From a virus, in the IMG/VR virus record IMGVR_UViG_3300049460_000196, positions 32,001 to 96,000 of that record: a stretch of 64,000 nt of DNA; one strand, written 5' to 3'. The notes beneath the pieces were generated by a model. The model was not told where the DNA came from. It saw nothing but the letters and a program-made list of their open reading frames with translations, and ran no database searches. The translations under genes and the position numbers were made by a program. The first letter of the stretch is position 1. Every line of letters starts with the position of its first letter. Positions 28,987 through 37,324 of the stretch are shown here, in pieces.

Positions 28987-29547
28987 TTAGATATATGCCG
29001 AACGAATCTGATCGTACAATTCAGCTTTGGCCTTTTGCTTACCGATTGGTCCAAGCTTGTTGATGGTGCGCAGATATGCGTTGAATGGCTGCAATACCGA
29101 TTCATATTTGTCTTCCACGTCCGGGCCTGGATTCGTCAATGCTTCAATGAGGACGGACAATACGGCATCTGCACCAGTGCCAACATGGTTGATCAAGGCA
29201 GTCATTACCGTATTTGGAGTTACACCCGCCATATCACCAACATAATCGGAAACGTTATCTGGGTTTGCAACCAAGAAGTCATACATTGAATCGCAGTAGT
29301 CTTTCATGAACGCTGGCAGATCAATACCGAACGACTCAAAAGTTCTCGGCTCAAAATTCTTTCGATCACCACGACGTTCAGCTGCTGCTTGTTTGTTACG
29401 GGTTCTGATGTTTTCAATCTCGCGGAATGCCGCATCGCGTGCTTTCGCATTTACTTCAGGACTGAATTCATCACTGTATTGCCACAAGCTCGAGAGCTTT
29501 GGGACTGGTTCAGCTTCCATTAATTGTTTGATTTCGTTGAATCGCAT
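28987..29547 (-). CDS. Late hypothetical protein
   Basis: MRFNEIKQLME start, TAAATA upstream. Confidence 0.7.
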   Translation of the reverse strand: MRFNEIKQLMEAEPVPKLSSLWQYSDEFSPEVNAKARDAAFREIENIRTRNKQAAAERRGDRKNFEPRTFESFGIDLPAFMKDYCDSMYDFLVANPDNVSDYVGDMAGVTPNTVMTALINHVGTGADAVLSVLIEALTNPGPDVEDKYESVLQPFNAYLRTINKLGPIGKQKAKAELYDQIRSAYI

Positions 29548-29582
29548 AAGATACTCCCATTAAGAGAGTATTTATCTTGTGG

Positions 29583-29658
29583 TGGTGCCCATTACCAGAA
29601 TCGAACTGATGGCCTCCTGATTACGAAACAGGCACTCTTCCAACTGAGCTAAATGGGC
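29583..29658 (-). tRNA. tRNA-Thr(CGT)
   Basis: Cloverleaf, TT CGT AA, CCA. Confidence 0.85.
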
Positions 29659-29659
29659 T

Positions 29660-29980
29660 TTAAACTTTGGCGCGAGCTACAAAGAGCTGCATGGCTTTCT
29701 GAATATCAATGCTGTACAGGTTAGGCCCAATCAACTCACTCATTGGTAAGTTGCGGCCAGGAGCCCGGTAGGCTTTGATCTGATGTACGTTATTGGCACT
29801 GAGGAATTGAATCAACTCAGCCAACAATCGACGAGTGATTACACCGTGAAGACCAGTCACCCAGACTACATGGGGTGTTTCCCACATGAGCGTACAAATG
29901 GCGTCATATGGTGCATACGGGTCGGTGGATGACTCGTTGAAGAATCGAACTTGCGAGGTTACCGTAGTGTGTCGAATCAT
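29660..29980 (-). CDS. Hypothetical protein
   Basis: 106 aa ORF. Confidence 0.65.
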   Translation of the reverse strand: MIRHTTVTSQVRFFNESSTDPYAPYDAICTLMWETPHVVWVTGLHGVITRRLLAELIQFLSANNVHQIKAYRAPGRNLPMSELIGPNLYSIDIQKAMQLFVARAKV

Positions 29981-30024
29981 ATTTCACCATAAATGTATTC
30001 CTGTATTTATGGTGAATCTATGGT

Positions 30025-30300
30025 TCATTTACTACATGTAATTGGCTGAACTGGATTGCCACGGAAACCTGGTTGATACACTTGCACCAAGGCCACGCCA
30101 CCAGCACCATTACTGGTATTCGACTTTTCCTGCGAAGCAACAGCAAACACGAAGCCACTCAAGCATACCGTGTTGACTGTTACCGTTGCATTGTTGTTAG
30201 TCTTAGTTGATACCGACTCTGGGCGAAACACAGGAGCAACGGCATCAGCCGCAAATGCGGTACTGGCGAGCAACAGGGTAGTGAGGATTACTTTTTTCAT
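30025..30300 (-). CDS. Small secreted protein
   Basis: Signal peptide MKKVILTTLLLASTAFA; two Cys. Confidence 0.75.
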   Translation of the reverse strand: MKKVILTTLLLASTAFAADAVAPVFRPESVSTKTNNNATVTVNTVCLSGFVFAVASQEKSNTSNGAGGVALVQVYQPGFRGNPVQPITCSK

Positions 30301-30312
30301 ATTTGATATTAT

Positions 30313-31065
30313 TGGGGGCGGGTGGAGGACTCGAACCTCCGACAACGTCCTTACAAGGGAATTGAGGGTTATGCTGTGACTATCCTGATCAGGATCGTGC
30401 CTTTCGGCTTCTACAGCTAAATAAGGTCGCGAGATTGCAGTCTCCACCTTTCTAACGCTTTCAAGGAGCATCAGCATGGATATTTATCCGCCAACTTTTC
30501 TTTATATAAAACAACACGCAATTACTGGCAAACTTTACTTTGGCAAAACCGCAAAGGACCCAGAAACTTATTTGGGATCAGGCACTTATTGGCGCAAGCA
30601 TATCAAAAAACATGGAACAGAACATGTCATTACTGTGTGGTATTGTTTGTTTTATGACACGACAACAATAAGTGAATTTGCATTATCATTTTCGGCAATG
30701 CACAACATTGTTGAATCTACAGATTGGGCAAATCTTAGGCCTGAAAATGGTCTAGATGGTAACCTTCCTGGAAATGTCCCGTGGAATGTCGGACTAGAAG
30801 CACACAATAAAGGCACAACCAGTCCAAACAAAGGGCGAACTTTGTCAGTTCGTTCTCAAGAACATAAAGACAAAATATCAGCAAGCTTAACTGGTAAAAC
30901 CAAGTCTAGTAAACCTCAACCCAATCGAAAAGCACGGGTACATGTAAAACACGACACCGTAATCTGCCCTCATTGCGGAAAAACTGGCGGAAGTAATATA
31001 ATGGGTAGGTGGCATTTTTCTAATTGTCCAGCTAAGACGTGCTCTACCAACTGAGCTAACCCGCC
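30313..31065 (-). tRNA. tRNA-Thr(TGT) interrupted by a ~680 nt insertion
   Basis: 5' half 31035-31065 (GGCGGGT..CGTCT) and 3' half 30313-30357 (CT TGT AA GGACG..ACCCGCC-C-CCA) are complementary. Confidence 0.8.
30476..31054 (+). CDS. GIY-YIG (Seg-like) homing endonuclease with NUMOD3
   Basis: FLYIKQH..TGKLYFGKT..Y.GSG; RSQEHKDKISASLTGK; CPHCGK; CTAAATA upstream. Confidence 0.88.
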   Translation: MDIYPPTFLYIKQHAITGKLYFGKTAKDPETYLGSGTYWRKHIKKHGTEHVITVWYCLFYDTTTISEFALSFSAMHNIVESTDWANLRPENGLDGNLPGNVPWNVGLEAHNKGTTSPNKGRTLSVRSQEHKDKISASLTGKTKSSKPQPNRKARVHVKHDTVICPHCGKTGGSNIMGRWHFSNCPAKTCSTN

Positions 31066-31075
31066 CAAAAACTGT

Positions 31076-31447
31076 TTAGCAGCCTGCCGCAGGGCCGCGA
31101 TGTGCCATGCCGTAGGCAATGTGATCGGAATTACTACCCGCCTCTGCAAGCATTTTGGCCATGCGAGCGCGAGTCATATCATCTTCGAGACGTTTAGCTT
31201 CAGCTTCAGTCTGGATGGCAAGTTGCAGGTGATTGCCGATGATGTTCAGCTTTTCTTGAGTAATGCCGGTCGGTTTACTGACTTCCAGATAACCACGGAG
31301 CCAGTAAACGAAATCGCGAGAATTCATTGGAGTTAATCCTTGTTGTTGTTCAATAGCTAGACGTCGAATCCCGTCTACCAGTGCCTGTAATAAGACTTGT
31401 TTGCTCATCATGTGGCAACTATACAACAACAAGGTGGTACCATGCAA
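31076..31447 (-). CDS. Hypothetical protein (start uncertain)
   Basis: DFVYWLRGYLE motif. Confidence 0.6.
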   Translation of the reverse strand: MHGTTLLLYSCHMMSKQVLLQALVDGIRRLAIEQQQGLTPMNSRDFVYWLRGYLEVSKPTGITQEKLNIIGNHLQLAIQTEAEAKRLEDDMTRARMAKMLAEAGSNSDHIAYGMAHRGPAAGC

Positions 31448-31449
31448 GC

Positions 31450-31911
31450 TTACATGATATCCAGATAATCAAACCGTTCGTCAGGAGACATTGGCGCTTC
31501 TTCGCTCAACATCTTGGGATTGAACGCCTTCAGGAAAGCCTGAATGTCGGCTTGGGAAATGCTTGTGATCTCGTCGTAAACCTTGTACTGCCATTCCACG
31601 AGTTCACGCTCGGAGAGGCGATCAGGCATGACCACAACGTCGCAAGCATCGAAGCTCGACGCTGGGTTGCTCCAACCGAAGTCGTTTATCCTAGGACGAA
31701 TCTCGGCGAGAACGCTCGCAACATCGGACAGCTTAACGTTGCAGACCACAAGCTCGGTATGCGAACCTTTTGGACGCCAGCTTTGAGGCACTTCTCCGGT
31801 GCCGTCCCAATCCTCAACACCCTTGTTGATCCAGTACTGACCCGTTATCGCGATTTGAACCAGCATCGAGTGCTCCTTAAGATTGGAAGATCGTGGTGCC
31901 GTACAGTTCAT
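31450..31911 (-). CDS. Hypothetical protein (probable start MLVQ)
   Basis: ORF with SD AAGGAG. Confidence 0.7.
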   Translation of the reverse strand: MNCTAPRSSNLKEHSMLVQIAITGQYWINKGVEDWDGTGEVPQSWRPKGSHTELVVCNVKLSDVASVLAEIRPRINDFGWSNPASSFDACDVVVMPDRLSERELVEWQYKVYDEITSISQADIQAFLKAFNPKMLSEEAPMSPDERFDYLDIM

Positions 31912-32242
31912 CGATGGTAAGGAAATCTACCACTGGCCGTCGGCCATTAACGAAGCCAAAAATCAGGCTGATGTATTTGAAACCGTTGACCAGTTCGCGG
32001 TTCACGTCGACCGTGCATGGGTAACCAGCAGCACGAAACTTAGCTGCCAAGCGTTTCGCTGGCAACAGCTCGGATTTGTAGGGGTCAATCGTCAGGCGAG
32101 TAAAACCACCTTGCACAATCGACACATCACTTTTGTCGAACGTGTAACCAGCTGTTTGCATGAGTGCGACCATGTTGTTGATCGTCTTCTGTGCTTTTTT
32201 GCTTGGCTGTTTCATCTTCTGCTCCGCTTGTCTGTTTACCAT
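31877..32242 (-). CDS. Hypothetical protein (probable start MKQP)
   Basis: ORF with SD GGAG. Confidence 0.65.
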   Translation of the reverse strand: MVNRQAEQKMKQPSKKAQKTINNMVALMQTAGYTFDKSDVSIVQGGFTRLTIDPYKSELLPAKRLAAKFRAAGYPCTVDVNRELVNGFKYISLIFGFVNGRRPVVDFLTIDELYGTTIFQS

Positions 32243-32295
32243 GTTCCTATTATAGGTTCATTTGAAACATGAATCAAGCAAAAGATGAAAATATT

Positions 32296-32374
32296 TGGTA
32301 GCTGTGGTCGGCCTCGAACCGACAGAACCCTTTGTTTTGAGCAAAGGAGGTATTCCAATTCCCTTCACACAGCC
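32296..32374 (-). tRNA. tRNA-Leu(CAA), short variable region
   Basis: CT CAA AA, CCA. Confidence 0.8.
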
Positions 32375-32380
32375 ATTGTT

Positions 32381-32455
32381 TGGTGGAGCTAGTGGGACTC
32401 GAACCCACGACCTACGACATGCCATGCCGCCGCTCTCCCTCTGAGCTATAACCCC
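32381..32455 (-). tRNA. tRNA-Ala(GGC)
   Basis: G3-U70, AT GGC AT, CCA. Confidence 0.9.
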
Positions 32456-32461
32456 ATTGTT

Positions 32462-32545
32462 TGGTCCCCTGGGCGAGATTCGAACTCGCAAAAGCCTGCC
32501 TTCTGACGACAGTAGGTGTACCAGATTTCCACTAGCCACCAGGGG
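32462..32545 (-). tRNA. Atypical tRNA-Leu(CAG)
   Basis: Same architecture as 26704-26787; GT CAG AA. Confidence 0.72.
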
Positions 32546-32554
32546 TAAAAATAC

Positions 32555-32727
32555 GTATTAGGGAAGGCAGGTTGGATTCAGGGATTGCCGCCCCTTGCAC
32601 CAACTTTCGGACTTGGCCCATTAGCCGCACAGACAGGGAACGTCGACTCCCCTATCCAGCATCCGACACTACCGTTCGACTTCCACATCAGTGCCTGTTC
32701 CTACCAGGTTGCTGCCTTCTCTAATAC
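32555..32727 (-). ncRNA. Unknown structured RNA inside the tRNA array
   Basis: 16 bp closing stem GTATTAGAGAAGGCAG/CTGCCTTCCCTAATAC with internal hairpins. Confidence 0.55.
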
Positions 32728-32756
32728 ATACTTGGTATTTCATACTTGAAAAACTT

Positions 32757-32834
32757 TGGTGGATATGGGGAGACTCGAACTCCCACACGACGGTCTCTGA
32801 AACCGCCAGGTATACCAATTCCCTTCACATATCC
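32757..32834 (-). tRNA. tRNA-Leu(CAG), short variable region
   Basis: TT CAG AG, CCA. Confidence 0.8.
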
Positions 32835-32836
32835 TT

Positions 32837-32912
32837 TGGTGCTGTTAGTTGGACTCGAACCAACCACCTCATACCTACCAAGTATGTGCTCTGCCAGATG
32901 AGCTATAACAGC
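32837..32912 (-). tRNA. tRNA-Thr(GGT)
   Basis: Cloverleaf, CCA. Confidence 0.9.
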
Positions 32913-32913
32913 A

Positions 32914-32989
32914 TGGACCCACCAACACGACTCGAACGTGCGACCTCCTGAGTCGAAATCAGGCGCTCTTCCAACTGAGCTACGGTGGG
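32914..32989 (-). tRNA. tRNA-Arg(TCG)
   Basis: Cloverleaf with A20, TT TCG AC, CCA. Confidence 0.9.
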
Positions 32990-32990
32990 A

Positions 32991-33275
32991 TTAACTTTTG
33001 AACACGGAGTCTAACCACCAATGTGGGAACAAACCGTCCTCATACAACTCTTGCTTGAACAACGTGCCCAAGCACATATCCTCTTTCCACATTTTCACAT
33101 GGACATTCAGATACATTTTACCAACAGCATAACCATTATTGCCTGACACTGGTGTGCCAAATGATTCGCCGTTAAACAACTCCAACATAGCGTCATCGCT
33201 ATGATCTAACACATGATCCCAGTGACGAGAAAAGACTCTGTACACTTCGCACATGCGTTTGAACTTCTTACTCAC
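32991..33275 (-). CDS. Hypothetical protein
   Basis: 94 aa ORF, GTG start. Confidence 0.6.
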   Translation of the reverse strand: MSKKFKRMCEVYRVFSRHWDHVLDHSDDAMLELFNGESFGTPVSGNNGYAVGKMYLNVHVKMWKEDMCLGTLFKQELYEDGLFPHWWLDSVFKS

Positions 33276-33381
33276 ACCGTTGATGGTTAGCTTTGGCTGA
33301 CCTTTGTTGCGTTTAGCTGTGACATGGCATCCTCCAGGGTTATTATTCGATTTCTATAGTCACGACGAAAGACGATGAGTC

Positions 33382-33495
33382 TTAGATTGCCAGTGCTGCC
33401 AGGCGCAAGGTGGTCGTGGTTGCCAAACCCAGAGTCAGAGCGGTTGCGGTAACGGTTAGCGATAAGTCAGCTTTTACGTAAGTGCGGTTGCTCAT
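33382..33495 (-). CDS. Thr/Leu/Ala-rich micro-ORF (candidate leader peptide)
   Basis: SD GGAG; MSNRTYVKADLSLTVTATALTLGLATTTTLRLAALAI. Confidence 0.55.
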   Translation of the reverse strand: MSNRTYVKADLSLTVTATALTLGLATTTTLRLAALAI

Positions 33496-33517
33496 ATGAG
33501 ACTCCATGGGTTAAAAG

Positions 33518-33593
33518 TGGTGGTGATGAAGGGATTCGAACCCCCGGTCCTCTCCGTATGAAGGAGTTGCTTTACCAACTAAGCTACATCACC
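33518..33593 (-). tRNA. tRNA with CAT anticodon (Met or Ile2)
   Basis: TT CAT AC, CCA. Confidence 0.85.
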
Positions 33594-33884
33594 GTATTGA
33601 TTGTATTGCATAAACCAAGCTGGGCAGCGTTGCCCGCAAAGTCCATTCAAATTCAGGTCTTGTTTGATTCAAGCTTATTATATCACCCAAAGGAAATACT
33701 CGACCGTCTGGGTGCAAATAAGTGAATCGCATTTTGTTTGGATACCATTGGTAGAAAGTAGCTGGGCAAACCTTTGGATCATCCCTTGGGATCAGTATGC
33801 CAGTCACACCGCAGTCGCACAGGCGATGCGTCATAACTGCTGCAACTATCTTCTTAAATGTCTCTACCGTCATGGTATCATGTT

Positions 33885-33961
33885 TGGTTGCGGATGGGTG
33901 GATTCGAACCACCGACGTAGAGGTTATGAGCCTCCTCTTCTGACCACTGAATTACACCGCA
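33885..33961 (-). tRNA. tRNA with CAT anticodon (fMet-like, bulged acceptor)
   Basis: CT CAT AA, CCA. Confidence 0.75.
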
Positions 33962-34051
33962 TTTGTTTGATCGACCCTCTTGCGAGGATGGCACTTTCTA
34001 CAGCAGCCACTCCGTCTGTGAGCTTACGCTCGATCACTAAGCCGAAACCTG

Positions 34052-34360
34052 TTATCGTTTGACCAACTTACCGTCAACGACTTTAAATTCTTCATCTTCG
34101 AGTGGATGTGGCTCATCCACTTTGCTATCTGGGGTTGCCAATGCAGGATTGAGAACCTTTACTGTCTCCCAGAGCTTCCAGTCTATCGAATCAATTTTGG
34201 TTTGCATCTGTGCCAACTTATCGTTGATGCCCTGGAGGCCATATGCCATCACACGAAACATCTCAAGTTGAACTTCAATTTGCAAACGCTGCAATATTAC
34301 GGGATCTTCTGAATCCAAAGCATTCCGGTAACTCTTTACTGTATTTTCTATATCGCTCAT
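34052..34360 (-). CDS. Hypothetical protein
   Basis: 102 aa ORF with promoter upstream. Confidence 0.7.
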   Translation of the reverse strand: MSDIENTVKSYRNALDSEDPVILQRLQIEVQLEMFRVMAYGLQGINDKLAQMQTKIDSIDWKLWETVKVLNPALATPDSKVDEPHPLEDEEFKVVDGKLVKR

Positions 34361-34428
34361 ATGTCTCTCGCAGGATCAAGTCCTTTCTTGTTATTATACG
34401 GACAAGAGACAACAGTGCAATATATGAT

Positions 34429-34505
34429 TGGTGGACAAGACCAGGAATCGAACCCGGCTTCCTCCGCCCTACTTCCAAGGCGACTGATTAGCGGATCACT
34501 TGCCC
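34429..34505 (-). tRNA. Ala-acceptor tRNA-like RNA with irregular anticodon arm
   Basis: GGGCAAG/CTTGTCC (G3-U70), T arm, CCA; loop region TTGGAAGTAG. Confidence 0.55.
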
Positions 34506-34511
34506 AATGAC

Positions 34512-34587
34512 TGGTTGTTGAGAACGGGATCGAACCGTTGACCTGAGGTTTATCGAACCCCTGCTCTACCGACTGAGCTACTCAACA
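34512..34587 (-). tRNA. tRNA-Ile(GAT)
   Basis: TC GAT AA, CCA. Confidence 0.85.
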
Positions 34588-34593
34588 TCATAT

Positions 34594-34657
34594 AACTGGA
34601 TGCCATTCTTTGGTTTTCGGAAAAGGAAAATTTAGAAAGGTTTGCTGTTGGCATCCA
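34594..34657 (-). ncRNA. ACAGCAA family 5 (short, pyrimidine-rich loop)
   Basis: TGGATGCC-A-ACAGCAA...GGCATCCAGTT. Confidence 0.65.
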
Positions 34658-34724
34658 AAACTTGGTAGGATAAGTCAAGTATTCCCTTTGGCGGGGAACG
34701 TAGTTTATCAAACTTATCCAAAAC

Positions 34725-34809
34725 TGGTACCCTGGGCGAGACTCGAACTCGCAAACCTTACGGCACATGGACCTGAACCATGCGTGTCTTCCAATTCCAC
34801 CACCAGGGC
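34725..34809 (-). tRNA. tRNA-Leu(CAG)
   Basis: Type II cloverleaf, CCA. Confidence 0.9.
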
Positions 34810-34824
34810 ATTACTGTATTACTA

Positions 34825-35027
34825 TCAAGTCGCGTGCTGCTACGCCAAAGGAGAGCTGCCCATACGCCGCCCAAGACGACTTTTGGCTACATGCTTCTAT
34901 CAACATTTATCCCTGCCACATCACCATTCTATACCACCACTAGGGTTCGGCATTATGGCATTTCGCGGCTCGGGTGCTTCGCTCCACTCATTAAGGATGG
35001 CTGCTTCTAAGCCAACCACAAGCTTGA
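34825..35027 (-). ncRNA. 23S rRNA GTPase-associated-centre (H43-H44, L11-binding) mimic
   Basis: GTTGGCTTAGAAGCAGCCATC matches 23S helix 43; GCGTAGCAGC resembles the helix 44 loop; closed by TCAAG/CTTGA. Confidence 0.75.
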
Positions 35028-35063
35028 CTCAAGTACCTGACTGGCTGTCAGGATTTGGAGAAA

Positions 35064-35139
35064 TGGTAGTTCCTGACGGGTTCGAACCATCGACATCCAC
35101 TTTGTAAGAGTGGCGCTCTACCAGCTGAGCTAAGGAACC
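35064..35139 (-). tRNA. tRNA-Val(TAC)
   Basis: Cloverleaf, CCA. Confidence 0.92.
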
Positions 35140-35141
35140 AT

Positions 35142-35217
35142 TGGGGTGAAGGATGGGGATCGAACCCACGACGACCGGAATCACAATCCGGGACTCTACC
35201 ACTGAGCTACCTACACC
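35142..35217 (-). tRNA. tRNA-His(GTG)
   Basis: G-1, C73, CCA. Confidence 0.92.
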
Positions 35218-35227
35218 ATTGAAACTG

Positions 35228-35896
35228 TTACGGAAACTTCATCTTTCGACCAAGCTTCCAATTTCGAGAAAGCCACAAATCAATGTCTTCTCGATTTATC
35301 TTTATCGTGCGCTTTTCTATTTCAGAAAATATCCACATAGTGCCATACTGCGAGTTACCAGTACCGCGTGCGCTTTTTGATACGTTATCTCCAATTTTCT
35401 TCTTGGTTTCTTCGGTATGATTTTTACCTTTAAAACTGGGAGGCGGCGTGCCTGGTAAATTGGCTATGCCTGCTGATGATCTATTGGTTTTTGTTTGTTT
35501 TGCCCATTCGGGGTCATTATCTCTCAACCATTGCTGCCTTTGTTGACTGATCTTATTCTTGGCAGTTTGACGACATGAATCGGCATTAATGATATTGTTA
35601 GGCCAACTGCTACCACCTAAAGATATGTTCATACACATCGGATCAGTTAGCATTTCGGCACACACCAATTCTGCTTCGCGTTCTCTCAACCACTCCCTAC
35701 TGAAGTAATGCTCGAGAATCGCACATACGTGATTTTCCTTACCGTGAACATTAACTGATCGCCCAAGCAGTTTGCCAGAACCAATATAACCGTCATTCAG
35801 GTCATAAGTGCTGTGCATACCCAAGTAATATTTTCCAGTCACAATGCACGTGGTGCGATATATGTAATGATACTGTCTGTTGGTCATATCCGCCAT
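35228..35896 (-). CDS. GIY-YIG (Seg-like) homing endonuclease with NUMOD3
   Basis: HYIYRTTC.VTGKYYLGMHST...YIGSG; FKGKNHTEETKKKI. Confidence 0.9.
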   Translation of the reverse strand: MADMTNRQYHYIYRTTCIVTGKYYLGMHSTYDLNDGYIGSGKLLGRSVNVHGKENHVCAILEHYFSREWLREREAELVCAEMLTDPMCMNISLGGSSWPNNIINADSCRQTAKNKISQQRQQWLRDNDPEWAKQTKTNRSSAGIANLPGTPPPSFKGKNHTEETKKKIGDNVSKSARGTGNSQYGTMWIFSEIEKRTIKINREDIDLWLSRNWKLGRKMKFP

Positions 35897-35933
35897 TGTA
35901 TATGACCATTGATATGGTGCAATAAAGTATTAA

Positions 35934-36007
35934 GGGGTGGCCACCGAGAATTGAACTCGAGTAAACGGGATCACAACCCGCGTCATTAACCACTATGATA
36001 TGGCCAC
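35934..36007 (-). tRNA. tRNA-His(GTG), second copy lacking G-1 and full CCA
   Basis: Cloverleaf, TT GTG AT. Confidence 0.8.
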
Positions 36008-36080
36008 ACCTTAATACTCTAAAGTGACGGTTACGAGCTCCGTCAATCGCTCTATATTGCGCTCGCTTTCTACTACTGTT

Positions 36081-36154
36081 TGGCAGGCCATGAGGGAATC
36101 GAACCCCCGTCCTTGGTTTTGGAGACCAGTACACTACCGTTGTGCTAATGACCT
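36081..36154 (-). tRNA. tRNA-Trp(CCA)
   Basis: Cloverleaf, CCA. Confidence 0.9.
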
Positions 36155-36160
36155 AATGTA

Positions 36161-36243
36161 TGGCAGGAGCTGTGGGACTCGAACCCACGTGGATTTCTCG
36201 ACGGCTTTGGAGACCGTTGCAATCGCCGCTATGCGAAACTCCT
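36161..36243 (-). tRNA. tRNA-Trp(CCA), long variable region
   Basis: CT CCA AA; 12-nt variable region. Confidence 0.82.
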
Positions 36244-36325
36244 GTTGAAACTAATTGTACCTGAGCCTCGAATTCCACGACGCCAGTCTATCCTTCAGGT
36301 ACGTTTTGACGTATTGCTTGGCAGC

Positions 36326-36658
36326 TTACGCTGCTTTGTCTGGATATTGCTCATCCAGAATATCGATGTAATACAGTGGGCTCATGCCAGGTTCCAGGAA
36401 ATGGACCTTGCTGAAGCCGTTTGCTTCATCGATCATGCTATCTTGTGGCTGGATGGCGCCGGCATACTTACGGAAGCCTGGCTTGTTCATCATCTTGCCT
36501 GTTGCTGGATCAATGGAACCCCATTCAGTCCAGTCTGTTTTACTACGACCATCAATCGGTTCAACGAAGTAGCGTTTGCCAGTACGTTGCGAGTTGACGA
36601 TAAAACGACCAGTGTCGTCTGTGTTGGTAAGGAACCGTTTAAGGAAGTCGGCATTCAT
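36326..36658 (-). CDS. Phage hypothetical protein
   Basis: MNADFLKRFLTNTDDTGRFIV.SQRTGKRYFVEPI. Confidence 0.75.
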   Translation of the reverse strand: MNADFLKRFLTNTDDTGRFIVNSQRTGKRYFVEPIDGRSKTDWTEWGSIDPATGKMMNKPGFRKYAGAIQPQDSMIDEANGFSKVHFLEPGMSPLYYIDILDEQYPDKAA

Positions 36659-36711
36659 GTTATTATTCTCGGGTTGATTTAAAATCTCCGAGACATTGTC
36701 ATCGGAGCAGC

Positions 36712-36738
36712 TTAGATTGTGATGACAAAGTGGTACAT
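36712..36738 (-). CDS. Micro-ORF MYHFVITI (candidate leader)
   Basis: SD GGAGG; ORF segment TTGTCATC pairs with downstream GATGACAA. Confidence 0.45.
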   Translation of the reverse strand: MYHFVITI

Positions 36739-36769
36739 GATAGCCTCCATGGCTGGTTAATAAAATGTT

Positions 36770-36846
36770 TGGAGCGGATAGCGAGGTTCGAACTCGCGAC
36801 ATTCACGTTGGCAACGTGATGCTCTACCAGACTGAGCTATATCCGC
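36770..36846 (-). tRNA. tRNA-Gly(GCC)
   Basis: Cloverleaf, U73, CCA. Confidence 0.92.
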
Positions 36847-36852
36847 ATTGTT

Positions 36853-36927
36853 TGGCGACGCCTAGGGGGATCGAACCCCTGACCTTCGGATGGACAATCC
36901 ACTGCTCTTCCGCTGAGCTAAGGCGCC
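36853..36927 (-). tRNA. tRNA-Asp(GTC)
   Basis: TT GTC CA, G73, CCA. Confidence 0.85.
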
Positions 36928-36980
36928 AATTTGTTAGGAAATTTCCTTAAAGATGATTTGCATTCATGTTTAAAGAAACT

Positions 36981-37056
36981 TGGTGGACGCGGTGGGGTTC
37001 GAACCCACGACCTTCGGATTAAGAGTCCGTTACTCTACCAGCTGAGTTACACGTCC
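36981..37056 (-). tRNA. tRNA-Lys(CTT)
   Basis: Cloverleaf, CCA. Confidence 0.92.
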
Positions 37057-37062
37057 GTACTG

Positions 37063-37138
37063 TGGTGGAAGTGGAGGGACTCGAACCCCCGTCGCACCGG
37101 TTAAGAGCCGGGCCTCTAGCCTGTTGAGTTACACTTCC
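37063..37138 (-). tRNA. tRNA-Lys(CTT)
   Basis: Cloverleaf, CCA. Confidence 0.88.
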
Positions 37139-37151
37139 AAGTGTATTTGAT

Positions 37152-37239
37152 TGGTGGGAGCAGTGGGGATCGAACCCACTCTGGACTTTCGTCTCGCCGG
37201 ATTAAAAGTCCGGTGCCTACCCAATTCGGCATTACTCCC
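37152..37239 (-). tRNA. tRNA-Lys(TTT) with long variable arm
   Basis: CT TTT AA; variable hairpin GAC-GAAA-GTC. Confidence 0.82.
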
Positions 37240-37249
37240 TGTGAAACAA

Positions 37250-37324
37250 TGGTAGGGCCGCAGGAGCTCGAATCCTGTTTGTCTGGTTAAAAGCCAGATA
37301 CTTCACCATTAAAGTTTCAACCCC
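37250..37324 (-). tRNA. tRNA-Lys(TTT)
   Basis: CT TTT AA, CCA. Confidence 0.85.

Noticed and set aside
30358-30420. Hairpin-ribozyme loop A pattern (AGAA opposite AGTC)
   Set aside because: The second helix does not pair and no loop B is visible
34990-35020. rRNA operon or host contamination
   Set aside because: Only ~30 nt match, set within its own closing stem among phage tRNAs
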